Source: Anthoceros angustus
Lineage: Eukaryota; Plantae; Anthocerotophyta
Direction: 5' to 3'
Assembly (NCBI GenBank): GCA_010909165.1
Contig: VJWM01000265.1
Span: 117,728-181,727, forward strand
Length of the DNA: 64,000 nt
Below, one piece after another: positions 12,622 to 24,620 of this stretch (position 1 is the first letter of the stretch; each line of letters opens with the position of its first letter). The notes below the pieces were generated by a model. That model saw only the letters and a program-made list of their open reading frames with translations, ran no database searches and was not told the DNA's origin. The position numbers and the translations under genes are program-made.

Positions 12622-15600
12622 ATGGCGTCAACCGAGGGCCTTGTGCCAATTACGCGCCCGTATCTGGCCAAGTATTACGAAAAGTATCCGATCCCGCAAC
12701 CGGAATTCGACATTGCACAGATCTCCAGGTCCTTGAAGGAGAAGTATGGAGAATTGGATGCGGATAGACCAAAGGAGTCAGGTGCCATTTCAACTTTGTC
12801 GCAGCTTCATGTTGCTGGAAAAAGGTGCCAGCTCGTGCATTCATTGTCGTCGTGCGGTTATGAAATCAGTTGGCATCTAACATTCTCTTGTGGCCAGATG
12901 ACCAGTTTGTTGCCAACTTGGAGTTCGAGCCTCCTCACAAGATGGACGAGAATCTGTGGAAAAACCGCGAGAAGATTGAAGAGGTTCTGTATTTGCTGGA
13001 TAGGCGACAATGGCCGGGGAAAGTGAGTAGTGCCAGTCACATGCACTGTCATGATTGTCAGATGTGCGGGGTGGCCCGTTTGATGAGGAATCTGGTGATA
13101 GGTTCATGAGCTTTCATGGGTTGTATGTGAAGCCTACGTGAGGAATCTAAAGCATATGCCTTCTTTTCAATTTTAGGTGTCAGAGCTAGACCCGCAAAAC
13201 CTTGGTGGTTCGCAATCTGGGGAACAGGTCCTAGGACGTCTGGAGCAGGATATGAGACAGTTGCTGAAAGTGATTGAAACGTTTCAGGCCACTAGCAGCG
13301 AGAGGGTTGCCAACATGGGTATAGTTTTCTGCTACACAAAGAGAGCACTGGAAATACTAGCTCAGTGCTGGGATATACGCTTGACCTATGTTTCCTTTCT
13401 GGTTGCAGTCTACACGTACATGCCTCAGGATTTTCGTGGAACAGTCCTCAGAATGCAGCGTGAGCGCTCTGAAAAACGGCGCCAAGCTGAAGTCGAAGCT
13501 CTCGTAAACGCAGGAGGAAGTATTCATGACAGATTTGCTCTTCTCTGGAAGCAGCAGATGGAAAGGTACAGAGCATAGCCTGCTTTCTGACCTTGTCTTT
13601 TTATCAGTTTTAGTGCCTGAGCCTGCTTCCTTCATTCAACATACAAGAGTTTGAGGTTTTCCCAGGTCCTTAGTTACTCTTATCGTCATTCCAACATGTG
13701 AAAGTACTCAGAGCTGAGAACTTGGACAAAGTTCGTGAGGTGCTCATCACAAGCCGAATAGTAAATTTCGAGTCAAAGCATGGTCCAAACGTCTTTCGAG
13801 TTTGTCTTGTTGTGCATTGGACAGTCTCAGAGCGTACCGATTGAACAAAATGTGCCGCTGTGTCTCATTGTGAGCCACATATTAAGTCACAGTTTTCATT
13901 CTATTCTTGTCTCAGAGCGTACCGATTGAACAAAATGTGCTGCTGTGTCTCATTGTGAGTCACGTATCAAGTCACAGTTTTCATTCTATTCTTGTCTACT
14001 GTGCAGGCGGAAACAACTAGCAGGTCTTGGTTCAGCAACAGGAGTGTACAAAACTCTTGTGAAGTATCTCGTGGGAGTTCCTCAGGTGAGAACTGTCTGC
14101 AAAGAATTCATATTCTGACTCTGTGGTATCCTATTTGCTCACCTTGGCTTGCTCACTTGATGCAGGTGCTTCTTGATTTTGTGCGCCAGATAAACGATCA
14201 CAATGGGTATGCTAATTCAGCCTCTTGATTGTAATTTTTCTAAAGGTTGGAAGAGTTTGACGTGTTCTCTCAGTTGTCATTTATGAAAACCTAAATGTTA
14301 AGTTGTGTGAGTTGAGAGAATTATAGTAATTTGGAATGTGGATTTGCACAGGCCTATGGAGGAGCAGCGACAAAGATATGGCCCCCCTCTTTACCAGCTG
14401 ACAACTTGTGTGGCGTCCATCCATATTTTCTTGGCGTTGTGGTGGACCACATACGAGCAACAGATTGGGTAACGTCTTTTTGTTGACGTCTTGTTCTCCT
14501 ATCAGCAGATGGTTTTTGGGAATTGGGTCATCAGCTTGCACATACTTGCTTTTGATGCTTAACCAATTGCTCTATCATCGGTGGAAAGCAGGCAGTCAAC
14601 GGAGCTACTCTCTCTACTTGACCAAGCAGTTAAGGCTTACACAACTGAATCTCAGCGGTTTCTAATATTTCTGGGGTATGCATTTGAGGCTTATCTTCAT
14701 AGCTGTGCATGCCGATGCGTGGCTTCTTCTTATTCTCAATCGTTGCTTTGTGCTTCAGGGAAGTTTTTGAGAACTCCCCTTTTCTAATATCAGCAGAAGA
14801 AGCAGGCATTGCCGAAAAGTGAGAATCCCTCATTACTTTCTAGTCTGAAATATGTTTTCCTCAAGAACACACGACCAAGCTGAAACACAAATCCCTTTTT
14901 GCGATCTGTTTCAGGGAGGTGGATGACTACAAAGAGACAGTGATTGCAAATGGGAAGACACATGAGGTATGTTCCACAGTGATGATATGGGCCTGCTGCT
15001 GTCTTTCGTGAGTGCAGATAGATTGACTCGGAAGATTGTCTCGCAGGTCCTTTTGACTGTGGAAATTGAAGGGTCTCTTGTTGCCTGGGATTTCCGATTG
15101 ACGTCTGGGAAAGTAAGGTCTACGCGGCATACAATGGCTTTGATGCACATATAACTTGGTGATGGCTACAAGTCTCTTTGTGTGCAGCTGCTTTCCATAA
15201 TGTGTTTATTTGGCTCCATGATATGGTTATGCAGGATGTTGGGTTCAGTGTTGAGTTTGTTGATCCATCTGGAGATAGAAGGGTACATCCATTACTCTTA
15301 ACCAACTATATATTGCCTGTTGCATTCACTGAGTTGCAAGGTTCTGGCAGTAATAAGCTTGTTATGTGAGCATTATTTGCTTCTTTGCTAGCTTGCCATT
15401 GCTCATGTTACAGTCGCTCATGCAGCCAATGCTTCCTTACAAACGATATGATGCTGACCAGGCATGTGACTCTCATCCCTACTGCTTTCCTTCGTACCAT
15501 TTTGCCAGAAGATTTCGCTTTTAGCATGGCTGATCAGATTGGTTTTGAGGACTTTCAACTGGCTCTTGCAGGGCAATTTCTACTCCCCCTCCACTGGTTG

Positions 15601-15844
15601 TTACAAACTTATCTGGGATAACAGCTACTCAACTTTTTACCGGAAGGTATGGCGGATGATGTGAAGTAATTGTGCTTTTTGGTTGGTTCGTTGGTGGTCT
15701 CAATCATAACGGATCTAGTTGTCAATCCTGACGGGTCCCGTTGTCTGCACGTAGGCTCTGCGCTACAAGGTGGATGCCATACCCCCTGTTGCTGATGCTC
15801 CGCCGAATGATGTCATCGAAGCACCAGTGGGAGGATCTGTGTGA
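12622..15844 (+). CDS. GOLD-domain protein of the At5g01010 ('retinal-binding') family, many exons
   Basis: Starts MASTEGLVPITRPYLAKYYEKYP. Internal exons include PPHKMDENLWKNRE, YTYMPQDFRGT and KYLVGVPQ. GOLD-like exons include GSLVAWDF, DVGFSVEF and LRYKVDAIPP. The stop is at 15842-15844. Not all exon boundaries were resolved. Confidence 0.85.
13824..13993. repeat. 85-bp intronic tandem duplication (2 copies)
   Basis: GTCTCAGAGCGTACCGATTGAACAAAATGTG... starts at 13824 and at 13909. Confidence 0.9.
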
Positions 15845-16318
15845 CCTCCAGTCCTTGCCTACAGCGATACCTGTGTCATTGAAAGGCAGAAATTTTGCAC
15901 TATTGCTTTGGACAGCTGGGGATTGTGGGCATGCTGGCCTGGCAGCCTGATTAGTAGAACATTTGTGGCGTTAATTTGGACATGGAAGGGAGATCCTGAT
16001 TCCTTCGCTGGAGGCCAGCGTCCCCACAATGTTCACAGCTCGACCACTCTTCTGGGGATGAATTTGGGAAAGGCTTGAACCTCAGGCTGTCCCTCTGCTC
16101 TGGAATAGATGTGTTGTATTTCTACTGCAAATGCGTCGCGTGATTCAACTCCAGACTGAGCACTCGTAGTTTTCCGTTTGGATGATAATGGGGTTTCCTT
16201 TCGGTGTATTTAAAATATTGATAATTAAATAATAAATCTGACAGAATTTGTGGCACCCTGGACTGCGCAGCCACGGACAGTTGAAATTATGACGTGTGGA
16301 GGCAGCACAATTGCCCCC

Positions 16319-16438
16319 ATCAGCCGCAGTGGCTCCGACTCCATCCGCCGCAATGGCTCCAACTCCATCCGCCGTAGTGGCTCCGACTCCATCCGCCGCA
16401 ACGGCTCCAACTCCATCCGCCGCAGTGGCTCCGACTCG
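16319..16438. repeat. 24-bp minisatellite (CCGCCGCAGTGGCTCCGACTCCAT) x ~5
   Basis: Read directly from the sequence; it translates as AAVAPTPS repeats. Confidence 0.9.
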
Positions 16439-16439
16439 G

Positions 16440-17150
16440 GAAAGGCCCCCTCTTCAACATCTAAGACGAAGGCATCCAAGATGGGGGAATCCCGGATTAA
16501 GAACTGAGAGGCCAAGACGAGGGCAGAGAGGGCCCAGCTCCCAAGGAAGGCCGCCGGCGCCAAGGCCACCATGGCCAGCAGACCAGTGCCCCCTATGGCG
16601 ACAGGTAGGGACACTCGCCGCCTCACCAGACCCCCTGCGGCACACTCGAACGTGCCTAGCCCAATGATGTCCCCAAGCACCTGCAATATTTGTTTATCAA
16701 ACTTCCCCAAGCTTGATAGAAAAACTGGGACGGGAGTAACTGTTCTCGTGAGGTACCCTGGCTGACTCGAGAAGCAGGAAGAAGGATGCCAAATGCCATA
16801 TGAGGGCCCCTAACTTAGAGAGAAAGCCGACGTGAGTCAAGTTCTCCTCCAAAGCAGCCTCGACAAAACCCTGAATAATGTCTTGGGGTCCCACCCGGTA
16901 CCTCCAGGATGCGAAGTCCCTACGCAGAAACAATGTTCCCCCTAGGATATTGAAGAGAGGTTGGCTAGGGATTCCTCATCCTTGGAGGCTAGGGCGGCCA
17001 TGTCTCTTTTTTCCACACTCTCTATGGACGGGTTGTGCGGCCTTCAAGCCTCTCTCCAAGAGAAGCAATTCGGGCAGGCGTAGAGGGCTCTTCTTCTGGA
17101 TTCTACTATTCCCCAACCTGCTTAGGCTCGCTTGCGCTCTTGCTCGGGGA
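16440..17150 (-). mobile_element. Degenerate CRE-clade non-LTR retrotransposon, RT/thumb region
   Basis: Frameshifted pieces read GLRILEVP.G, IIQGFVEAALEE and RRRVSLPVAIGGTGL...APAAFLGSWAL. These match the CRE-type QAxLP..GGLG..APAAFxGSWA motif. Confidence 0.7.
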
Positions 17151-19299
17151 AGGAAGCAGGCACCAATTCACTCCTATGGGTGGTTTGCAACTTACAAAGC
17201 TCAAGGGTAAGGGTGCTTTTGCCTAAGACCCAATTCAGTCCTACGGATGGCTTTGCAACTTACAAAGCTCAATTGAAGCGCAACTTAGGGTCACTTGCAT
17301 GTAAACTCGTCATGCATATGACAAAATTTAATGAATACCACTACCTATTTATTCACCCAAGTCGGCCAAAACCACTAAGCCCATTTTTAGTGGCACATCA
17401 AAACAACCAAGTACTTGGTAATTCGATGACCGGTGCCACATCGGCATGGTCTTTACTCGGCCAATAGGTATATGTAGGTGTGAACCAACAATCCTCCAAT
17501 GAACCGGACATACTAAAGTAAAATTTAACCCCATAATGACGAATCTACACAAAATGAGCCATTGATGATAGTATCAGTGCATATATTTATTTTTACCCAT
17601 ATTTTAAACTTACCAACCTTCAGCATATATTTCAATGGCGTGATCCTTCAATATCATGTTTTAAAAACATAGAAAACCTCAAAATCCGACCTCTACCTTG
17701 AATATTCCAATAGATGCTTTGTGACTTTTTGACTCCGTTTCTTTGCACACGCCTTGAGGACAATGCTACATGTTGATGGAAATGTTTGCTCTCAAGGAAG
17801 TGTGGAGTGTAGCATTATAAGCAGCAAAAGATTCCACTCGAAAACCAATAAACGAGGCTCTCAAAAAATTACATGGATTTTGGTGCAAAAATGTACATGC
17901 AACATAATCTTGAGTGGCTACATCATTTTGAAGGAAATGACCCGTTCATATTATGGGTGTTGGTAAAAAAATTTTGTAAAACAAATGCATATGCCCTCCA
18001 AAAAAATACAATAAATATTTTAGGAGAAAATTTGCAGAAAAGCCCCTCGCCATTATAGGGTTAAGGATGACCGGCTAGGTGGCGGTCGCTTTCGACGAAA
18101 TGTTCACAACCAAATTTCACATACGAATGCGCACGCCAAAACCTTGTCCGACTTTACCGGCTTAAGTCAGCCTACATGCGAAGTGGCCCTTATAAAGCTC
18201 TCTTCCTCTCCACACCATATAAGGCTTCGAGCAGCTCGCCATCCTTGATGACTCGCATGCCACCTCACAGGCTGAAGCTAAAAATCAGCCCATTGGACGT
18301 GGGCCTTGCCACCACCATGGCATGGTAGGCATGGCCCTCCCTCTCTCCCATCACTCTCTCCCCTCCACAAATGCTTTTCTTGGCCGGATACATCATAGAC
18401 TACCCGTGGTGTTTTATAGTCTACTTTGTTAAATCCGTCACCTTGAACCCACGAATGGCAAAAAGATTGTGAATTGCCCCGCCTGAACGAGCACGACCGA
18501 CATGAAGCGCCTTTTGCGGAAATGGCTGACTTTGAGCTCTTTGGGACATTCTAGGCTAAATACAATAGTGATAGTGAAAGTTATTCTATCATTCTTAACT
18601 CACTCGTGTCTACTTAAGGTTTTTGTGTAATATGCCTTCATGACATCCAATTTAGATTCCAAACTTTTGATATTCTCATCTCCATTGAAAAACTTAGTAT
18701 CAATTGATTTATGGCCATTGAGTAATTTACATTAGAGCATACCATATTTGAAAACCCAGCCTCAAGAGTGCAAACCTAGTTTCAAGAACTGTCAATGCAT
18801 CTCACCATGACATGTCCAAAATCCAAATCCACAACATTCCACCACTTTGTCTTTTGTACAATGAGAAGAGAAAATTACATTTTGCATATCAAGGAAATTG
18901 AATTACATAATTTAAACTTCAGGAGTAACTTTAGTGTAAAGTTACTTGCAACTTACAAGGTGGGATTAAAGAAGCACACGATCATAGAGTTGAGGCAATG
19001 GAGGAAAAGAACATGCTAATGATCTTCATCCAATGGACTTATGGACCCGGGTGATGCCATGCTTCTACATTGGCTCATACAATTGGTAAATAATAGAAAT
19101 GAATAAATTTTTTTTCAAAGGAAATATGAAAGGCCTTGCAGATTTCATGTGGAAGATCCTCACGCTCAACGATATGAGCTTGCAAGAATCCTATTGTCAA
19201 GGTCTGCTTTGTATAGGTCAAGTGCAATAGAATCATGTAGGTCATCAAATACTCCATCTATGGAGATGTTTACTTAGGACATCCTTTCACTTTGGGAAC

Positions 19300-19660
19300 A
19301 TGGGGCCTTACTTAGTTCTAAAATGATCTCTCACTTATCAGCACATAAGATGCTATAATTTGAAAGTATATTTCTTGGGAACTGAGCAATACTTAGAAAA
19401 ATTGAATGCGAAATGATATTTGTGCAAATTATGTAAGAGAACCTTGGCAAAGCACGATGGTACACAAATGGATTGGTTTTGTACCAAATCTATACCATTT
19501 GCTTCATCAAGGCTCTATTGCATTTATAATTTATACAAATATTGTTTGTCATTTGGTTTTCCAACTATTGCTTAGTTCCCAAAAGAAATATACCTTCAAA
19601 TTATTGAATGGAGAGATCATATTTTCAGTAGTAAGCAAGGTCTCAATTTCCAGAAAGTTC
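19300..19660. repeat. AT-rich dispersed repeat, copy 1 (copy 2 at ~27270-27665, same orientation); decayed coding-like sequence
   Basis: Shared blocks such as CTTACTTA.TTCTAAAATGATCT and CAAATTATTGAAT.GAGA occur at both sites. Confidence 0.75.
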
Positions 19661-21729
19661 AATGATATATGTCCTGTATACACATCTTCATGGATCAAGA
19701 TATCTGATGACCTGCATGTAATCTTTAACTTCACCGTCTTTTCCACGATATCTGCTAGGCATGAATCCTTTACAGCCCTAATTGGACAAACTTCACTTCA
19801 GTTATTCACACATTGTATGAGCTAATAGCGCAATATTACCTGAATCTACATTTTTTTCGGATGAACTGCTCAATAGATACAAGTGCAAATATGTTGGGCT
19901 ACTACTCACATATATAGACTACTAGCTTGGACTCTCTTCGATGCCTTTCGAACTATGCATGTGGCTTTGCAAACTCTTTCTTATAATGTTTATTACATTC
20001 AAATGAGCATACCCCTAATGATCTCGCTTGAGAGTGAAGAAGGTTATTTGAAGCAACATTATTTAGAACAAGATCATTATTGGTCGATGTTACTCTATGA
20101 ACTTTATAATTTCTTTGTTTTTTATGAATCTTGTGAAATACCCAATTATGGAACACCACATGCAAATCTTCAGCATGATTATCAAAAGTGGTAGACCTTT
20201 TTTAGCTAAAAATTAACCTGTCCAAGTTTAGTTTGTATCTAGTGGCACCGCAAGTAATATAAATAATAAAGTGTTTGCTACATCATATCCCAATGGTAAT
20301 GTCATCAGCGACTCTAAAAATGCCTAATTGTAGACATTTTCTTCTACTAGAAGCGGCGGAAAACGATCAATGATCATATATGAATCAAACTTGTTGATGG
20401 CAGAGTTTGTCAGGTTGCAAAACATTTTCTCACTTTGGTTGTTAATAACATAAGAAGATAATATCTAGTAGCTTCTTCTTTATTAATAATGGATAAGGTA
20501 AACGTTGTAGCCTCCTTTATTATTTTAGGGATAGAGATCTCCAAGCAAGCTAACCTTGAACGTTCTACCCGTGACACCAATCATACTAACCGTGATCTCC
20601 GATCATGCTAACTGTGACCTCCAATTAGGCTTATCTCGAATGTACTATGGTAAATATTTTCTCAGCAATTCCTTGGTTTTTGTTTCATAGTTTATGGGTT
20701 CTAATACTAGCTAAAACGCTTAATATACTTCAACAACTTTTAAGACTTTTGAGCTTGCGACCGGGTATCACCAAAGAGAATACTTTAAAAATCAACTAAA
20801 GAAGATAACATATAACCTATGGGCAAAAAAATCACATAGGACAAGATCCTGAAACAAGAAAATTTAGTACCATTATAATGTATGAAAAAATATGTATCAT
20901 AAATTATATTTATTAACCTCATACGAAAGAACTCTCACATAAGAGTTTGGCACACCCATATAATTCCATATAACGAGATACATCCTCTTTGGACCTGCCC
21001 ATTCAACTTTCATTTGTAGCTCTAAATATTAAACAATTTTTTGTTGTTATGACACTAGAAGGGGCTTCTCATCCTAGTATGTGTATCCAAACGCAGATAC
21101 TAGCATGAGATATCGTCACACATTTATAAGAACGTCCTTATTAAGCATCCTGCGGTTAGCTCAGTACTTAGATGGGGTGCTTAAAGGGAGTGGATGTCCT
21201 TGGTGCAAGTAGCTTAGACACACATATCCGGTTAATCCCAAGACGACGGAATGACTCAAATCGAATTGTTCCGCCTAAAAACATTTCTTCCTGCCTAATT
21301 TTTAGACAGAAAAATCAGTGAAAAATCATATCTACACCACCTCCTCCGACTGCATATTCCCATGCTTTGCACATCTCAAGCAGCCTAGGAAAATCTCCAT
21401 TCCCCTGAATTCCCCATAGAAACGGCGAGAAACCTCTCAAACCAGAGAGGTCGACCGTTTGGAGACGTGAAACGCGTCTCAAAATTCGTCATGCTGGCGG
21501 CGGCTCCGGAGGTCTAGGCCGGTGAGGTAACCGTGAGGTAGTCATGGCGGTGCCAGGGCGTTGAGTGGGGGCGAATGGGAGTGGAGCTTCGCCGTGGAGC
21601 CCTGCACTACGTTGGCCACCTTTGCACAAATGTAAGACGCGTTAGAGGTAGGAAGAAACTCTAGTTTTTCGACGTTTTGATTGTTATTTTCCGCCCAAAA
21701 AATACTCCGGAAGGGTCCGTCTCAATTCA

Positions 21730-22095
21730 ATGAGAATTGATGTCTCGAGGCAGAGGAGATCGCTCCACAGAAAGCTTGGGGACATGAGAATTTCTGTCTC
21801 GAAGCATAGGAGAACGCTCCACTCAAAGCTTGGGAATATGGAAAGGAAGGATGCTGGATCGAGTAGGAAAATGCTCCTCCTGTGAAGAAGCAGTCACGGC
21901 CCAACCTGCAACTCTGCCCCAGCAATGGAACATCCTGTGCGACTTGCCAAAGTTTGCAGTGCTCTCGAGTGGTACAACCTGCCTGAGCAAGTCCCGTGTT
22001 GGAACTGACTTTTTCGCGAGACGCGAGCAGTGCAGAACTTGCTGAAGCCTGAAGGACGCTGCGTAGCTTCACCAAGGGCTCTAACTCTGCATGGC
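21730..22095. repeat. Dispersed ~0.4-kb element with internal 53-54-bp units, copy 1 (copy 2 at ~29070-29520)
   Basis: Shared GCTGGATCGAGTAGGA.AATGCTCCTCCTG.GAAGAAGCAGTCACGGCC...GTGTTGGAACTGACT...GCTGAAGCCTGAAGG. Confidence 0.9.
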
Positions 22096-22142
22096 ATGTT
22101 GTGACGAGAAGTAGCACATTAATCTGTAGCTACGACCGGAGT

Positions 22143-24620
22143 ATGGCCACAGTATGGCAACCGGACCCGTTGTGGATGCAACAACTTGGTGTGTGTACAG
22201 GGATTTCACGAGGAGCTCCCGCTCACCTCATGTTGGGGATTCAACCCCCGGCAAACAAAGCCTCCAGGTGCAGCGGTGTAAGTAGCCCAGGTCATCCGAG
22301 GAAATGTGTGGGTGGGGACGGGTTTTCCAGAGATGGTCGTTGCCAGGAGCAGGAGCACTTGTGGCAACAATTTTTTCTGGACCCTACCATGTGGTGGGAC
22401 AACAGACGAGGTAAGAAGAGCTCCCGTTCGCCTGACTTCCGGCGTAAGGGGTCCGGCGAGGTGCTGTGGTTAAACAACAAGTTTAAGCCAGCTTGGGTTG
22501 ACGAGCAGCTTGTTTCCTTGGATATGAAGATGGGTCATGGTGCCTCTCGTTCCGAGTCCAGCACTCCGGATGAGCCTGAACCTGGCAGGCTTGCAAGTTC
22601 GGTAATGGGTGTCGTTACGGCTGTAACCGTGAGCACATTATGTCAGCAGGGGAAGCTTTCTCAGGCCGTGGGAGCCCTGGAATCTATGGCGCAGACAGGC
22701 TCTGCTATTTCTCAGTCTCTGTTGTACACTGTGGTAAAACTGTGTGCAGCTCAGAAGGATTTGGTTGTGGGGCGACGAGTTCATGATCTTACTGTCAAAC
22801 TTGGGTACGAGTCGAATGCATACTTGGGGAACCATATCCTGCGCATGTATGCATGTGGAGGTAGGCTAGAGGAGGCCATGGATGTGTTCACCAGGGTGGG
22901 CAAACCAGATGCCTTCATGTGGTCTTCCATAATTTCTGCCCATGCTAAGCATGGGAAACCTACTGAGGCCGTACAATTGTACCATAAAATGCGCAGATCA
23001 GGAGTGAAGGCGGATGCTCACGTCTTTGTAGCTGCCCTTCAAGCTTGTGCATTTGCTGCTGACTTGGAATCTGGCAGAAAAGTGCACTGTGATGTGGTGC
23101 AGAGTGGCATTTCTACTGACTTGTTTGTTGGCAACTGCCTGGTGGACATGTATGCAAAATGTGGGGAACTCAAAGATGCACTCCAGGTTTTTGACAGCAT
23201 GACCACCAAGGATGTGGTGACATGGAATGCCCTCATTGCTGGGTACGCAAAATGTGGTGAACTGAAGGATGCACGCCAGGTTTTTGACAGCATGGCCACA
23301 AAGGATGTGGTGACATGGAATGCCCTTATTGCTGGGTATGCAAAATGTGGTGAACTAAAAGATGCACGCCAGATTTTTGACAGCATGAACACAAAGAATG
23401 TGGTCACATGGACTGCCCTGATAGCTGGGTATGCCCAGCAAGGGCTCGGCCAAGAAGCGCTTGTTCTGTATGAGCGAATGGAGCAGGAGGGCCTGATATT
23501 GGCTAACCACGTTACTTTTGCTTGCCTTCTGAAGGCCTGTGCAAGCACTGGTGCCTTACAGAAGGGCAGGCAGCTGCACTTACAGATTGTGGGAAGAGGA
23601 CTGCTGGATGATGTAATGTTGGGCAACTGCCTCGTGGACATGTATGCGAAATGTGGTGAACTGGAAGATGCACGCCAGGTTTTTGACAGGATGAACACGA
23701 AGGATGTGGTGACATGGACTGCCCTGATATCTGGGTATGGTACTTGTGATGAAGGTCACAAGGCTCTAGCTTGTTTTGAGGAGATGTTAGTTGCTGGTAT
23801 TCAGCCTAATGATGCTACTTTTACTTGCCTTCTAGCAGCATGCAGTCATGAGGGACTGGTCCACGAGGGTCGCAAGCACTTTGATTCCATGGCTGAACAG
23901 CATGGCATCAAACCTACTATTGAGCATTACACCTGCATGATTGATCTTCTTGGGCGTGCAGGCCATTTAGATGAAGCAGAGAAGATGCTATTGTCATGTG
24001 AGGGCCAAAATGATGTTGTGGGATTGATAACTTTGTTGAATGCCTGCAAAAGTCACGGGGATATAGAGAGGGCAAGGTGGTGTTTTGAAAACATTGTTAG
24101 GCTGGACCCCCAGCAGGCGCATTCCTATGTGCTCATGGCCAATGCCTACGCAGATGCAGGGAGGTGGACTGATGTAGACCGGATTGAAACACAAAGAAGG
24201 GTGGCAGGAGCTAACAAGAAACCTGCAGTGGCGACCATTGAGGTGAATAAGCGGGTGCATAGGTTTGTGGTGGGAGAAAGGAGAGAGGATATTGTGCTTA
24301 AGGTAGAGAGCATGAATGCACGTGTGAAGCAGGAAGGAGGCCACGTACCTCACACAAAGTTGGTGTTGAAGCCAATGTGTGAGAAGGCAAAGGAAGACTC
24401 GCTTTGTGGGCATGCTGAGAAGCTAGCTCTGGCTTTTGGTCTCTTGAACACTCCGAGTGGGACACCTCTGGTGGTAACTAAGAATCTACGCATGTGCAGT
24501 GACTGCCACAGTTCCACGGAGATCATGTCAAGGCTTGAACAGAGAGACATTATTGTGAGGGATGGGTACCGGGTGCATCGATTTGCAGCTGGTTGTTGCA
24601 GTTGTAAGGGTCGACCGTGA
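22143..24620 (+). CDS. PDF-motif + PLS-class PPR + DYW:KP protein ending in GRP (candidate U-to-C editing factor)
   Basis: Intronless ORF of 825 aa from the ATG at 22143. It has an N-terminal WWDNR...PDF...GEVLWL motif, 13 PLS motifs and E1/E2. The C-terminal domain shows KPAVATIE, CGHAEKLA, MCSDCH and CSCKGRP. Confidence 0.95.
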   Translation: MATVWQPDPLWMQQLGVCTGISRGAPAHLMLGIQPPANKASRCSGVSSPGHPRKCVGGDGFSRDGRCQEQEHLWQQFFLDPTMWWDNRRGKKSSRSPDFRRKGSGEVLWLNNKFKPAWVDEQLVSLDMKMGHGASRSESSTPDEPEPGRLASSVMGVVTAVTVSTLCQQGKLSQAVGALESMAQTGSAISQSLLYTVVKLCAAQKDLVVGRRVHDLTVKLGYESNAYLGNHILRMYACGGRLEEAMDVFTRVGKPDAFMWSSIISAHAKHGKPTEAVQLYHKMRRSGVKADAHVFVAALQACAFAADLESGRKVHCDVVQSGISTDLFVGNCLVDMYAKCGELKDALQVFDSMTTKDVVTWNALIAGYAKCGELKDARQVFDSMATKDVVTWNALIAGYAKCGELKDARQIFDSMNTKNVVTWTALIAGYAQQGLGQEALVLYERMEQEGLILANHVTFACLLKACASTGALQKGRQLHLQIVGRGLLDDVMLGNCLVDMYAKCGELEDARQVFDRMNTKDVVTWTALISGYGTCDEGHKALACFEEMLVAGIQPNDATFTCLLAACSHEGLVHEGRKHFDSMAEQHGIKPTIEHYTCMIDLLGRAGHLDEAEKMLLSCEGQNDVVGLITLLNACKSHGDIERARWCFENIVRLDPQQAHSYVLMANAYADAGRWTDVDRIETQRRVAGANKKPAVATIEVNKRVHRFVVGERREDIVLKVESMNARVKQEGGHVPHTKLVLKPMCEKAKEDSLCGHAEKLALAFGLLNTPSGTPLVVTKNLRMCSDCHSSTEIMSRLEQRDIIVRDGYRVHRFAAGCCSCKGRP

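Noticed and set aside
23039-24550. Long antisense ORFs over the PPR genes (also 9442-10610 and 42709-45428)
   Set aside because: These are shadow ORFs on the opposite strand of repetitive, codon-biased PPR coding sequence and have no independent protein features.
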